Of a stretch of DNA of 64,000 bases, positions 13,019 to 26,397 are shown in pieces (within the stretch, counting starts at the first letter, position 1; each line of letters opens with the position of its first letter). The position numbers and the translations under genes are program-made. Location of the stretch: NCBI RefSeq assembly GCF_004010195.1, contig NC_057710.1, forward strand, positions 58,734,870 to 58,798,869, in the 5' to 3' direction. Source of the stretch: Chiloscyllium plagiosum. Its lineage: Eukaryota. Below the pieces are notes generated by a model. The model saw only the letters and a list, made by a program, of their open reading frames with translations. It was not told the DNA's origin and did no database searches.

Positions 13019-13899
13019 CTGGAGAGAGAGGAATTAAATAAAAGTGTTGGCAATTCATAATTATCCATTGCAATTGTTTTTCTAAAATAACAAATATGTT
13101 GTGAATCAGTGTTAATGTCTACCATTTTTGCATCTTGCCCACAGATGATGCCGTGAAGAACATTTTGGACATTATGGACATTTTGGAGATCGAGACCCAG
13201 AGGCAAGTTCACTGGACAGAAGGTCATTGGCATATGGCCATCATCCATCCAATTAACATGACCATGGTAGTGCAGGTATCATTGGCTTAGCAATAAGTGT
13301 ATGCTGATGATATGTGCAACCTCCAGGAATTCTGAACTGGTGATATTATTCTACCAAGAGATTGTAAAAATATGTCTCGAACAGCGAGAACTTGTTAAAC
13401 ACTTTATTAACAGCCCAGCCTGTTTCATTAATATTCAGCTTTCCACCTTATCAAACTCACCAATCAAGCTAGACATTTAGAAAACTCAATGCAGATGTCA
13501 GAGCAAGTACGTAGCAAATTCGTGCTTGCTCCAGGGGCTCAGAATCAGTCAGCTAGCCACTCAGGGAGGTTAGAGTCGGGATGCTCTCCACGTCAGGAAT
13601 AAGGAGCTGAAAGTTGGACAGCCCACCACCTGTTTTGACTCTTTCTGACCTATCCTGGGCTGTTTGCCTCCTGGAATGAGAGAAGGGCAGGTATTAAGGG
13701 AGATGAAAGTGAGTGGCACAGCTGTGAGTTTCAGTGCAGATACGGAGGAGTTCCAAGCGGGTGAGTAGGCAATGCGGAGGGCATGAAGGATTAGTGGTAC
13801 AGGGATTGGAGTGGGAAACAGTGAGGAAGGGAAGATGTTGGAGGTGATAGTGGCAGTGATAGAGCATGAGTCTTGGTGGGAGTTGGTACAGCAGCAAAG

Positions 13900-14200
13900 T
13901 TGCAATAATTGTGAGGTATTGGAGAGAAGATGCTGGTACTTGTGCTAGTGGGGTGGAGAAAATCACTGGCCTTCTTCTTACACTGCTGTGCATCCTACCA
14001 GATGGCTAAGACTGTTTTATTCTGGATATCAGCCTCGGACCAAGCTGGCACAGTATGGTGCTGCACCTTTCACTGCTGGTCCTCGGTGACGAAGGAATCC
14101 TGACATCGTACCATCCATCCAGCAGGGCATCCAGGTCCCTGTCTGCTCAGCAGGGAGTCAATACCCCCTGTCTGCAATGTCTGGGCCAAATGCCAGGAAC
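13900..14200 (-). mobile_element. Decayed PIF/Harbinger Myb/SANT-like gene fragment (element may span ~13.1-14.4k)
   Basis: Minus strand gives 'ADRDLDALLDG', 'VPAWSEA' and 'DAQQCKKKASDFL' across frameshifts, typical of the Harbinger Myb/SANT (MSANTD) helices. Confidence 0.55.
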
Positions 14201-15470
14201 TATGAGGGCAAACTCAGACCTTGGTGCCCAAAAAGCTTTTAAAGATGGCGCAGAGACAAGAAATGGTGGTAAATTCTGGGATATCCATGGATTGGTGAGT
14301 TATTTTGTGAACGGAGTGTGGTAGGAGAGATTCAGAACTGGATGTGACACAGCACGGTAGGTAATTAACGTGGCAACAAAACCCTAGGGCACTCGACAAA
14401 AATACTCCAAAACCTTGAGGCAACTCAAACTTAGGCAAACAAGCATAAGATGTAGCCCTTTGTGATTGACTTACAATATGCCAATATTTTGGTCAAAAAA
14501 TATACTGGGGATCTTTTTGAACTGATTAAGCATACCTTGATAAATGAGACCAGTATTCCATTGAGACTAATCCTCTATTTTTTTGCTACTTTACTATCTT
14601 CATATAAAATGTTAGCAGTCAAGATATAGATTATACAAACAAACATTTCATTATATGCTACAGTTTTAAGCAGAGTTATTCCAATGATTGCAAATTTAAG
14701 TAAAATGTCAACCGTATTATCTTGTGAGAAATGATCCATTCATCTTACTGAAGAGTTATTCTAAGTAGCAATTTAATTGGAAAATAGAATTTTCTATTGT
14801 GAACAAGCAGCCAATGTGGGGGATCTCAGAATGTGGGAAAATTCTTTCTATAACAAATATTACCATTAAAAGATTTACAATGTTTGTAAGTGTGACAGTA
14901 TCATTTAAATTGAGAAGCATCTATGTAAACTCTCCATATTTAAAATGTTTTGATTGTAAAGGCTGAAAAAATGCATTAAAAGAATCATCAGCTAAAAAAT
15001 AGTAAATGGATTTTTAACCATACTGTGCTATTTCCAACAGTGGAACAGGAAATGGTTTGTTTACTTGCTTTTTTTCAGATTGCCAAGAGATTCCAATTCA
15101 AATTTAAAATACTAGCAATGTGCGTCAGAGGCAAGCTTGGTAGTTAGTTGGGGAGACTTTTCAGCTTAATGTCCAGTTCATGTGAAGCTCTCTGTCAGCT
15201 GAAAACATTACAGCTCTGAACAGGCTATTAAAGAGCTTCCTGAATTGACAGGGAGGTTCTGCATCATAGCCATAATTTTACTGACCAACTCCACAGCACT
15301 GACAAGATTTGCTGACAGCACAAAGGTGGGATGGTATTTTTCAAATTTAAATCTCATTTGTAAATATTTCACATTATGTTAGTTTCAAATTATTCAAATT
15401 ATACCGTGGTCATTTGTTGAGGTTAGTTTAATCAGAGCTAAATGGACTAACACACCTCATGACTGAATGA

Positions 15471-15673
15471 CTGAAAACAAAAAAATGCCAGAGATCACAG
15501 TGGGCCAGGCAGCATCCATGGAGAGAAAGCAAGCTAAAATTTTGAGTCTGGATGACTCATCAGACTTGAAACATTAGCTTGCTTTCTCTCTATGGATGCT
15601 GCCGACTCACTGTGGGCTCCAGCTGTTGCTTTCAGTTCAGATTCCAGCATCTGCAGTAATTTGCTTTTTTATT
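15471..15673. mobile_element. Older palindromic PLE mini-insertion
   Basis: Inverted arms (ggcagcatccatggagagaaagcaagcta / tagcttgctttctctctatggatgctgcc) meet inside a hammerhead remnant at ~15535-15578, followed by the cagcatctgcag tail. Confidence 0.75.
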
Positions 15674-15807
15674 GTTGATGGTTACAGGGGACTGGGGCAT
15701 TTCATTCAGGTGAAAAAAAACGTTGTTTTTGTGCTCATTTTTTTATTAACCTATTTTTCTAATCAACCCATTCAGAGATGTTACTCTGGAGCAGGTGGGA
15801 CATGAAC

Positions 15808-15905
15808 TCATTCCTGAATAAGGGCTTATGCCCGAAACACGATTCTCCTGCTCCTCGGATGCTGCCTGGCCTGCTGTGTTTTTCCAGCACCACATTTTTA
15901 AACTA
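15808..15905 (+). mobile_element. PLE 3' fragment with decayed hammerhead
   Basis: cattcCTGAATAAGGGCTTATGCCCGAAACAC followed by the family tail. Confidence 0.75.
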
Positions 15906-16644
15906 TGAACCCAGGTCTCCCAGTCCAGCAGTAAAGACACTACCACTGCATCACAAGAGCCCCTTATTCTTCATTTATTGAACATTCACATTAGTATCCA
16001 CTCTCCATTGGATGTACACTCCACTCTATAGGAAAAAACTGGACTTGAATGCTCCCTTCTATACATTGTAAAGGACATTGTTGAAGCTCACTTTCAGCAG
16101 ATGAACTCAAAGCAGATGAAATATTGCACATGAACTCAAAGCCCTGTAAAGAATCTGCCAGATAATAATCTGAGATGGGTTTATATATGAGCATTATTAT
16201 CACAGTCCTTTATGCACTTAATTTTCTTATCTTGATTGTTCCAACTAACCATCACAACCTCCAGATTTCCAAAACCTTCCTACTTGCCTCCTCCATGTCT
16301 CTGACCCCAATCTCTGCCTATTTATCCAAACTTCTTCCACTCTCCAATTCTCCAGATCCCACTCCTTACCCTCATCCCTCACTACTTATTAGCCCTTGTT
16401 GGTCCCAACATCCATGTAAGCTGCCATTCTCCTTCTGCCTTCCCACATACAACAGAACACTATAAGAAAAACAGTAACCTCAGGACATAAGAGCACAACA
16501 CTGACGATGCATGTCGCCCCTAAATGAACATGAACTGCGTGCCTTGAGACTCTTGTACACAGCTAATTTTATCATAAGGACATAATTATAAAAATTTTCA
16601 TTTTCATATATATTCATGGCATGTAAATGTATTACAAGGAGGAA

Positions 16645-16780
16645 ATAGCTGTGGAGATAGTGAGGACTGCAGAGGCAAGTCAGAGTCGATAAAATGTAAA
16701 GCTGGAAAAAGCACAGCAGGTCAAGTAGCATCAGAAGAGCAGCAGAGTTGATATTTCAGGCAGGACCCTTATCAGAACTG
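16645..16780 (-). mobile_element. PLE 3' fragment with decayed hammerhead
   Basis: Reverse complement of the family tail; CTGATAAGGGTCCTGCCTGAAATATC on the minus strand. Confidence 0.7.
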
Positions 16781-17344
16781 CAGACACTACCAAGTTAAAC
16801 TCTAAATTTGAAACTGCTATTAGGAAAGCAAAATTTCAGCACTGTGTAATTACTCACCCTGCTTGCACATGGATCGCCAATGGCAGTCTTACATTGTCCT
16901 TGTAGCAGATGGCATAAGTTTTGAAATTGCCTCTTTGCTAACCTGGAGCTAATTGTCCTCAATTATTGCCAGGTTGATTGAACAATAAAGGTTATAGATG
17001 GCTAAGGCATTGGATGAGATATGGTTGATATGGGTTTCTTCTCTTTTATAACACTGCAATCATGAATTTTATTCAGGTACTTTATATCGAATTTCATCAT
17101 TAACCTGACAAGTGGCACGAGATTTTATGAAAAGCAAATACAGATAGCTTGCCCCCCATTAATGTACTAGCTGTGTCGACGTTTCAGTTACAGTGCCTTT
17201 GTAGGTAATGTTTAGTTGATGTAGTTTTACCAAAGTTTTATTTAAACCCAATAACAGATCCCCTTCAAAAAAATAAACAAACAACACAAAATGATTCAAG
17301 GAGGAGGAGGAAAACTGTCCATTCAAAGCTCGGGTAGCTGAAAG

Positions 17345-17855
17345 GCCTGAAAATAAACAGACATTATTGGAAAAACTCAGGTCTGGCAGTATCTGTGGAG
17401 AGAAAACAGAGTTAGAGATTTGGATTCAGCGATCTTTCTTCAGAGCTAACTGGAGCTAGAAAAATGTTGGTATATGTACTGAAGATGGAGTAGAGGGAGG
17501 ACGGAGGAATTAACAAGAGGTAGAGATGAACCCAAAGAGAGAAGCACAGTTGGGCAAACAAGGACTGGGCAAAGGTCAGCCTGGGAAAATCATAGGGGTC
17601 ATTAGTGGCTGACAATGACCACTAATGACCCTTATGATTTTCCCAGGCTGACCATCTTTCAAAATACAAATTAAAGTTATGTCTTTTTGACCACAGTTGG
17701 TAGCAGCCCATATGATGACAAGACATAATCTGTGGGATTAGGGTAATAACTTGGGAAAAGGTGGTCAGGCCCTAAAATTACTGAAATTGGGATTGAGTTC
17801 TGCAGGCTGCAGGATCCTCAAGTGGAAAATTAGGTGCAGTTTTGCCGGCTTGATC
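17345..17855 (-). mobile_element. PLE fragment with hammerhead remnant and internal fold-back
   Basis: Tail plus CTGAAGAAAGATCGCTGAATCCAAATCTC at ~17443-17415; body similar to 26.5-26.85k. Confidence 0.65.
17574..17653. repeat. 35-bp inverted repeat with 10-nt spacer
   Basis: 17574-17608 versus 17619-17653, one mismatch. Confidence 0.9.
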
Positions 17856-20800
17856 CTTGTGTTGTTATTTACTGATTCTGCCATGTGGAAAGTGGTGGTT
17901 GCATTTGGTAAATGACAAAGTCCCCTTGTGGAGATAAACGAACTGGTAGGTGCATCTTCTCATTCTAAGCCAGGTCTGCACGTCTGCCTTGGTCTTTGGT
18001 GTCAACTGAGCACTTCAATTGGAAACATTCCATTTTAGGTAGGGCTGCAGTTTCCCCTTTAATGTCACAACGCAATAACATTTTACATCTTTGTATTCAA
18101 ATATTTCCTTCAGATGGTAGAAACCCCACTGAGAGTCCATCAGACACACAAGATGGATGACTATCTGGTTTGAGATGGGGCAAATTTGGATGGATCAATG
18201 GATGTCTTTTCTAACCCCTGCCAATGGAATCTTATACTGAAGAGAGGTGTATCTCAGGTTTATTTTTTCATTTATTGGGATGAATAAACATGAAAGTAAA
18301 TTAACTTCATCAATTTATCATACAAAGCCGTACGTTTCTCAGCCCTCCCATTGAGCATAAGAGGAGATTAGTTTCTAGATTATCCTACTATATTTAACAA
18401 GCACACAGGAGTCTCCTTAACTATTCGCTTCCTGACACCAGGTTAATTGGCATAGAAACAAATGAATTCATCATGTAGTGAGACTTTGTAGACTCAGAAT
18501 GAAAATTTTCTAAGCAAGAGCTGATTATTTTTAGTCCATCACCTTTGCAAATCACTTCCGATCTGCTTGGTATTTCTTATTTATTTATTTTTCTCCTGTT
18601 ATGTTAGGTATTAATGTCTCGAAGCCCTATTGATAATCAGCACAAAATCCCCTTCAATAACTGAATATTCGAAGTAAATGATTCTAGATTTTCCATCTTA
18701 TAAAGTTCCAGTATTTATTTCCTCTATTTTTGACCCTTCTTATTTATACAGCTGCTACACTCACTCAGGCTGCTGTATCATATCAATGGTGCCAGCTGAG
18801 ATCCACTTGATTGTCCAATCAGCCTCCCTTAAACAGCAAGCTAACTGAATGCTACAGTGGCTTGACAGTGGAGGACATTAAAGCCAAAGTCAACTACGCT
18901 CCTACTCATTGTTCACATACTAACAATTTCCAGCAGGTTACAAAATTCAGAAGGTGAACCAAAGCCCTGTGATTCTTTTCCCCTCCCTGTGATCTAGCCC
19001 AGGCTCACTGAACTCAACTGTGGTCAAAAAGACATAACTTTAATTTGTATTTTGAAAGATGGATCAGGGAAGAAAGTTCTTTATTTCAAAATAAAAATCC
19101 AGATACTCAGGTCACACCAACTACTCATCATATTTTAAATTTTACTTAATTTCCCTACCTTCTTTCCATTCTGTTGACTCTCATACCATCAGGATGCCTG
19201 GTCAATTGTGATGGGTGTCAGATTGAGTTAGACCCCCTCAGAAAGCAGATCTGAGACAGTCACAGAGGCAGGCAAGTGCTCAGGTGGACTGGCTAGAATA
19301 CTGACAACTTTCTGAGACTCCTTTATATCCCCATGCCAACTCATGCCCCTCACATTCCACTGAACATGGACAAGATGTGTCAAATTGCTCACTTCGGTAC
19401 TCAACATTCAATGTAATATTTCGCTGTATCTCTTCTGGGAGCCTAGCAGAAATCAATTACAAAAAAATTCCAGGATCCAGATACACTGAATGCCCAGTCA
19501 ACAGGGTTTCATTGTAAGCTGTATGAAGGTTTGAACTCTGGCCCATCACCTATGAGACTGACAATAGAAAACAGCCAGAGCCATGATGGGGTCCAATAAA
19601 TAGCTTTGGGCTGAAAGTGCTCAGCACACACTGTATAGACACCAGAAATAGGCTTCACCTATTTTGGGTCAAAGATATCATCAGCATGTTTCCTACAAAT
19701 TGTGGGAGTCCATTTCTTGTTGGAATAGAAGTGGATAAAAATGAATCAACTGACCTTCAGATTTGTATGCCAGCCATTTACACTTTGTTAAGATATACTG
19801 ATAAACCACATTACTATCATTTCTAAGTTAATGCTATGAATGTACTGATATTTACATGGTACTTTATATTTGTCAATTCTTCAGGGGTGTCCTAGACTCT
19901 CCAACAATTAAGCACAAGTTTTATAGATACTATGAAACAAGCAGGGGAAAAATATCATGGGGAAATTATTTTCTTTATAATTTTTTTGAAAAGCTTCACT
20001 TATTGGGAATGGGGGAGTTTGGAGGCAGGATGTCATGCATGGGATGTAACATCTAAGAATATGCGCAATGAAACTGGAAAACCTTAGGCAAATGCAACAG
20101 CTGTTCAGTTTCAAATAATGAGTCGCAACCAAGCATGCAATGAATTAGTAGCTATTTGTCTCAATTATGAAATGGCATTGTGGACTGAGGACAGTGCACA
20201 TGTTCAGATGTCATTGGCAAAATGTCCTGAGAGAATGTTATCTAAAATGCCAGATATCAGGGAGGAAATGCTTTCTTTAAAAGATCCATTGTAATGAGAG
20301 ATCCTTTCTCTTATTTAAACACAACACTGTAATGGTCAAGCTAAGTTTGCACACAAATTTCACCCAATGTGTACTTTTGGAAATAAAAAATGGCACACTT
20401 TGTCTCCATGACATGTAACAACAATATGTATCCTTTGGTGCCTTTTACGCTCAGCAAGCAGGAGTAACAAGTCATATCTTAGTTCTGTTTGTACTGCTGG
20501 CTTCAATTGATATTTGTCACTTGGAGTTAATTTTGAAATTAATTTTCATTGAAAATTTACCAGCAGGTGCTACAGCACTGTTGAGTGTTAGCACAATAAT
20601 GTTGAACATCATGGGGTAGTTAAGGCTTGGGTTTAATTCTGGTTCCACCTAATTTCCATTAGGAAGCAAGTTTAGCAGAGATTCCAACAAAGGTAGGAAA
20701 AATAAGGTTATAGCACAAGACCAGCTAGACAAAGGGAAATTATACTGCCCCTGTCATTGGAGTTTCAGCAAAAAAAAGGGTAAAATACGGGTGATATGGG

Positions 20801-21599
20801 CTCTTGGCATTGTGGTAGTGTCCCTACCTCTGTGGCAGGAGGTCCAGGTTCAAGTCCTATTATCATGTCTGAACGGGTTGATTTTAAAAAAACTTAGGAT
20901 TAGTGTATGGGAAGTGAGAGATGACCAAGGATTCTGAAAGCTTGTGAAGTTCAGCTGATTTTATCCGCTAGATTTCATTTCAAGATCTGAAATCAGTCAC
21001 CTGCCTGGAGTCAGTGGGATAAAGGACAGGAGCTAAAAATAAGACAGGGATTGGCTGCCAAAAGAAACTCAAGGAATTAGTTCCCAACACAAACAGGACT
21101 AAGAACAGTTTAGAATAAAAAGTACTTGAATAGAGGTGGGCTAATTTCAGCAAACTGACAAGAGATCTGGGCCAGGTAGAAATGTTATGGTGCAAGGGAA
21201 AACCTTTAAAGAAATGATTCAGGTATAGTTGTATTGATTCCCACAAAAAGGGAGGGAGAGGGTTGGAGCTGTCTGGATGACAGGGGGCTATTGAATATGA
21301 AGAAGTAGGAAAAGGGTCAAGTGACACTGATAAGCTTGATAACACAATGAAGAACCCAGCTTAACATAAAACCTGCAGAGGACAAAAGAGAAAGAAGAGA
21401 AACAAACACGAATAAGAGAAGGAAAGAGACATTACACAAATAACATTAAAGTAAATCCAAAGGTACATATTAACTGGTACCAAAGGAGGAATTCAGCCAA
21501 TTAGCAAACAGCTTGGAGATCTATAATTGGAGTCAGAAGACATTGTTGATGTACGCCAGGAGAACAGGACTTTGTCAAACCTACAGTAATCAAGGAAGG

Positions 21600-22800
21600 T
21601 GCCATGGTGCAACTGCCTAATCAAAAAATAGATAACGAAGGAGTTAGATATAGCTCTTCATGCAAAAAGGAGGAGAAGGATGTACCTGACAGCTATAGGC
21701 CAGTCATTTAGAATCAGTGATGGGGATGCTTTTAGTAACCTTGGAATAAATTAATTCCTAATTGGACAAACATGGAATAATAAATAAAAGCCATATTTGT
21801 TAAAGACAAATCATGGATGACAAACTTGATTGAGTTTAAAGATAAAATGAGATACATGATACATGAGAACATATGCTGTGCATGTTGAGTATGTGTACTT
21901 CCAAAAACATCTGAAAAAAGTTAAGCTCGTGGAACAAAAGGGGCAAAGGCCACATGTATATGACATTAGCTCAGGTTTAGAAAACAAGACAGTTGTGAGC
22001 AGTTGGGTTTTCAGCTGGATGGATGCATGTTTTGATACATGACAATATTATTACTCAATGGTCCAAGTGCAGTTGATTCCTATCAAATATTTGTACCAAT
22101 GTTGTTACATAGAATTTATAGCACAAAAAGAGACCATTCAGTCCAACTGGTCTGTGACAGTGCCTGTGCTCCTCCTACATATGAGCATCCTCCCACTCTA
22201 TTTCATTTAACACCCGACCAACAAATCCTCTCTGTCATTTACATTTCTGTCTTTATATAGATTCCTTTAAATGCAGAGACTCATAGACATTTACAACACA
22301 AAAGAAAGCCAATAAACCCATTGTGGCCCTGCCAATCACAAAGATCTGACCACTCTAATTCCTTTTTCCAGCTGTCAGCCATCGCCCTGGAGGCTATGTG
22401 TCCAGAACTGTGGCCTAACCAGCACTGTATACAGTTCCAGAATAATCTTCCTGCTCTTGTATTCTTTGCCACCTCTAATAAAGGTAACTATCCCACATGC
22501 CTTCTTAACCATGATATATACATGCACTGCCACCTTCAGGGATGTGGATATTCACACCAAGGTCCCTCTAGGATTCAGCATGTTCCAAAGTCCAACTGAT
22601 CTGAAGATGAGTCTTTGGATCTGAAATGTTAACTCTGATTTTTCTCCAGAGATGCTGCCAGAAATGCTGAGTCTTTCTATTTTTGTTCATATCATTCATA
22701 GTTGTTAGGCCCATCAAGCACATTATCTCACACTTCTCTGGGTTAAATTCCATTTGCCACTGATCTGCCCAGTGAGCTATCTTCTTCATTCTTTACCATT
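21600..22800. mobile_element. Decayed CR1 fragments (plus 21.6-22.07k; minus 22.1-22.8k) with a PLE tail at ~22598-22690
   Basis: 'ctataggccagtca' (YRPV) and 'WADQWQMEFNPEKCEIM' RT motifs; CTGAAGATGAGTCTTTGGATCTGAAATGTT hammerhead remnant. Confidence 0.6.
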
Positions 22801-22829
22801 ACTTGTAGACTTTTACAGCACAGAAAGAC

Positions 22830-25020
22830 ACTACTATTTATTTGTCTATTCATCCCAAGGAAGAAGAAACATACTAAGGGGGGAAATAGGCAACAGTGGC
22901 TGACAAGGGAAGCTAGAAGTTGACAAGCCTTTAAAAACCAACAAGAGGCCAACTTAAAAAGCAAAGGGGTGGTGGGGCAGTGTTTGGAGAAGATTAAATA
23001 TGAGAGTAAGCTAGCTATAAATATAAAAGAAGATTGTAAGAGTTTTTTTAATATCTATAAGATAAGAGAGAAACAAGATTGGACTGCTAAAAGAATGAGG
23101 TTGGAGAAGTAGTAGCAGGGATCAAAGTGGCGGAGGAACTGAATATGTACTTTACATCAGTTTTCATGGTGGAAGACACCAGTATCATACCAGAACTTCA
23201 AGAGAGTCAGAGCAGTGGCCATCAGTAAGGAGAAGTTGCTGGAGGAAGCTCAAAGATTTGAAGGTGGATAAAAGGATCAGATGGCCTAGACCTCAGAATT
23301 CTGAAAGAAGTAGCTGAGGATATTGTGGAGTTTTTGGAGGTGATCTTCCAGGGGAAGGAACTGGAGTCAGGAAGATCCCATAGTCTTAGAAAATGGCCAA
23401 TGTAAGACCACTGTTTAAGAAAGGAGGGAGGTAGAAGACAGGAAATTATAGGCTAGTTAGCCTGACCTGGGTCATTGGTAAGGTTTTAGAGTCCATTATT
23501 AATGATGAGATTGCAGAGTATTTGGAAGTAAAATAGGGTTGAGTCATGGCTTTGTCAAGGGAATGTCAGGCTTGACAAATCTGCAGGAATTCTTTGAGGA
23601 AGTAACAAGCAAGTTAGTCAAAGGTGAGCCAGTGGACATGATCTATTTGGATTTCCAGAAAGGAGGCTGCTAAATAAGGTAAAAGGTCATGGTGCTAGGG
23701 CAAGGTTCTGGCATGGATAATGGGTTGGCTGACTGGCAGAAGGCAGAGAACAGGGATAAAGTGATCTTTTTCAGGATGGCAGACAGTGAGTAATGGAGTT
23801 CAACAAGGGTGAATGTTGGGACCACAACAATTCACATTACACATTAACGATCTGGAGGAAGGAATAGAGGGCATTGTTGCTAAGTTTGCAGTGACATGAA
23901 GATATCTCGATGGGTAGGTAGTGTTAAGGAAGTGGGGAGGTTGCAGAAGGACTTGGACAGGCGAGGAGAGTGGACAAAGAAGTACCAGATGTAATATAAT
24001 GTAGGAAAGTGAGGTTATGCACTTTGGTAGGATGAATAGAGGCATAGCTGAAAATGTGTTGCTGGAAAAGCGCAGCAGGTCAGGCAGCATCCAGGGAACA
24101 GGAGAATCGACGTTTCGGGCATAAGCCCTTCTTCAGGAATTCCTGAAGAAGGGCTTATGCCCGAAACGTCGATTCTCCTGTTCCCTGGATGCTGCCTGAC
24201 CTGCTGCACTTTTCCAGCAACACATTTTCAGCTCTGATCTCCAGCATCTGCAGCCCTCACTTTCTCCTGAATAGAGGCATAGACTATTTACTAAATTGGG
24301 AAAGACTTTGGAAATCTGAAACACAAGGGGACTTGGCAGTTCTAGTTCAGGATTCTCTTAAGGTTAACATGCAGGTTAATTGGCTGTTAGGAAGGCAAAT
24401 GCAATGTTACCACTAATTTCTCGACTGCTAAAATACAATAGCAGAAATGTACTGCTGAGGCTGTATAAGGCTCTGATCAGACTGTATTTGGAATATTGTG
24501 AGCAGTTTTATCTAAGGAAGGATGTACGCGTCTTGGAGGGGGTTAAGAGGAGGTTTATAAGAATGATCTCAGTGATGAAGGGCTTGTCATATGAGAAGCA
24601 GTTGAGGACTCTGGGTCTGTACTCGATGGAGTTTTGAAGGATGAGGAAGGATTTCATTGAAACTTATAGAATGCTGAGAGGTCTGGATTGAGCAGACCTG
24701 GAGAAGCTGTTTCCACCAGTAGGAGAGACTAGGTCCTGAGAGTACAGCCTCAGAGTGAAGCACAGCCTCAGTTCAAAAGGATCCTTTTGAACTGAGATGA
24801 GGAGGAATTTCCACAGATGGTGAATCTGTGGAACTCATTGCCACGGAAAGCTATGGAGGCCAAGTATTAAAGACAGAGATGGATAAGTTCTTGATTGGTA
24901 AGGGGATCAAAGATCACACAAAGAAGGCAGGAGAATGGGTTGAGAAATCTATCGGGTATGATCGAATGGTGGGGCCTGAATGACCTAATTCTGTTCCTAT
25001 GTCTTCTGGTCTTATGTTCT
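22830..25020 (+). mobile_element. CR1 LINE (RT to 3' UTR), interrupted by a palindromic PLE
   Basis: ANVRPLFKKG, GNYRLVSLT and IYLDFQK-like motifs; 'LRLYKALIRLYLEYCEQF' ORF; CR1-like 3' end (cctaattctgttcctatgtct). Confidence 0.9.
24048..24267. mobile_element. Young palindromic PLE mini-insertion with two divergent hammerheads
   Basis: 94-bp arms 24046-24139 and 24140-24233, one mismatch, no loop. 15-bp TSD tgaatagaggcatag at 24033-24047 and 24268-24282. Cores at 24143-24170 (+) and 24136-24109 (-). Confidence 0.93.
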
Positions 25021-25368
25021 GGTGACAAGATAGAGACAGAAATATAAAAGAAAAAAATTGACAAAAATCACCAAAAACAATGTTTTACATCCTTTTAATT
25101 TCCATAAATTTCAAAAAGCCAATAGTCCAAAGTATCTGATTGGTAATAGGAACAGATTATATTCATGTCCCTGCCATACTCCTTTGAGCATACATTAGAA
25201 AACAGTCTTCAGTTTTTCCAATGCTGCTTGGAACCAGAAGTACAGAAAGCAGAGGATAGTACATCAATGTCTAACTGATAATGGAGCACATGGTGACATG
25301 GGGAAGATCTTCAAATAAAGTATGAAGTAAAAGAATTGAACACATTCAAACTCATGATACAAAAGAAT

Positions 25369-25563
25369 CAAGACCTAGGAGTGGGGGTGGGTAATGGCCA
25401 TGTAGGTAGGTGTTCATGCTCTAAAATCTGTTACACTTTGTGTTGAGCCCTGAAGAGTGTACGGTCCCCAAACAGAAAATGAGGCGTTGTTCTTCCAGCT
25501 TGTGTTGATCTCACTGGAGCACTGCAGCAATCCTGAGACAGAGGGGAACAGTGGTGTGTTGAA
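25369..25563 (-). repeat. Local copy of an internal PLE segment (matches 26703-26890)
   Basis: Near-identical ~190-bp direct repeat 1.33 kb apart. Confidence 0.85.
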
Positions 25564-26397
25564 GCTGTTTTATGTCTACACTCAATCCTGAGCTCAAGAA
25601 CTACAATCTAGTTCTTCTTTTTATAACATTAACCTTTTGGCAGGATGGTAATTCTGGTTGCACGTATTTCTAGGGATCTTAACTTATGACCACTCACTGC
25701 CAACCATTCTATTCCATTGAATTGTTCTTCTTTCCCCCCACTCAACTATATTGAATTCTGCTTGAATAATGAACAAATGGAGGCTTCAAAGAAAATAAGA
25801 AGACATTCTTTAATTCTTGTGGGATTGGTCTTCTAGGTTTCTTATAGCACATGAGGAGATTGCTCCACAATTATTAGAAAATCCAGGACAATCCTGGAAC
25901 TTTGGTAATCTTATTGAGGGACTGTGGGGCTACTGGGCCTGGATGTGAGTCTGGAATACTTACAAGGACTACATACCCGAGTTCAATGTAATTAGAGATG
26001 TGTGAAAAATGCTGGCCTTGATGGTGATGCCAATATCTCATGAAAGTATAAAGAAAACAAAATCCTAACTGAAATAGCTCAGCTGTTTTAATTCCAAGGC
26101 TTTCCATTTTAAGGGAAAAACAACAATAAGAGACCCTGCTTTAAAAATAGAAGTCAAAATCAGGAACAGAGAAAATGGATATCATTGAGCACAAAAGTCC
26201 TGACAAAACAATGAAAAGTATAATCAGGATTTTAAAATGTTTTTAAATTGAAATGGGAATGAGTTGCAGCTTCACTCCTGCCAAAATATAATCTATTTCT
26301 CTCCAAAGACCATTTGGCATCAGTGAAAAGCCAAAGATAGTAATATTTTTCATTCCATTTCTAATACGTATTATCTCCAAAAAGAGAGTGCAAAACT

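Noticed and set aside
16858-16942. 85-nt candidate exon ending GCAAGCAGG|gtgagt
   Set aside because: Frame-shifting between the flanking exons, weak pyrimidine tract and no in-frame ATG. The shared ending with the 6337 exon is probably chance.
24046-24233. DNA-transposon MITE or pre-miRNA
   Set aside because: The 14-15-bp variable TSDs, asymmetric tail and homology to PLE pseudo-LTRs indicate a retroelement origin.
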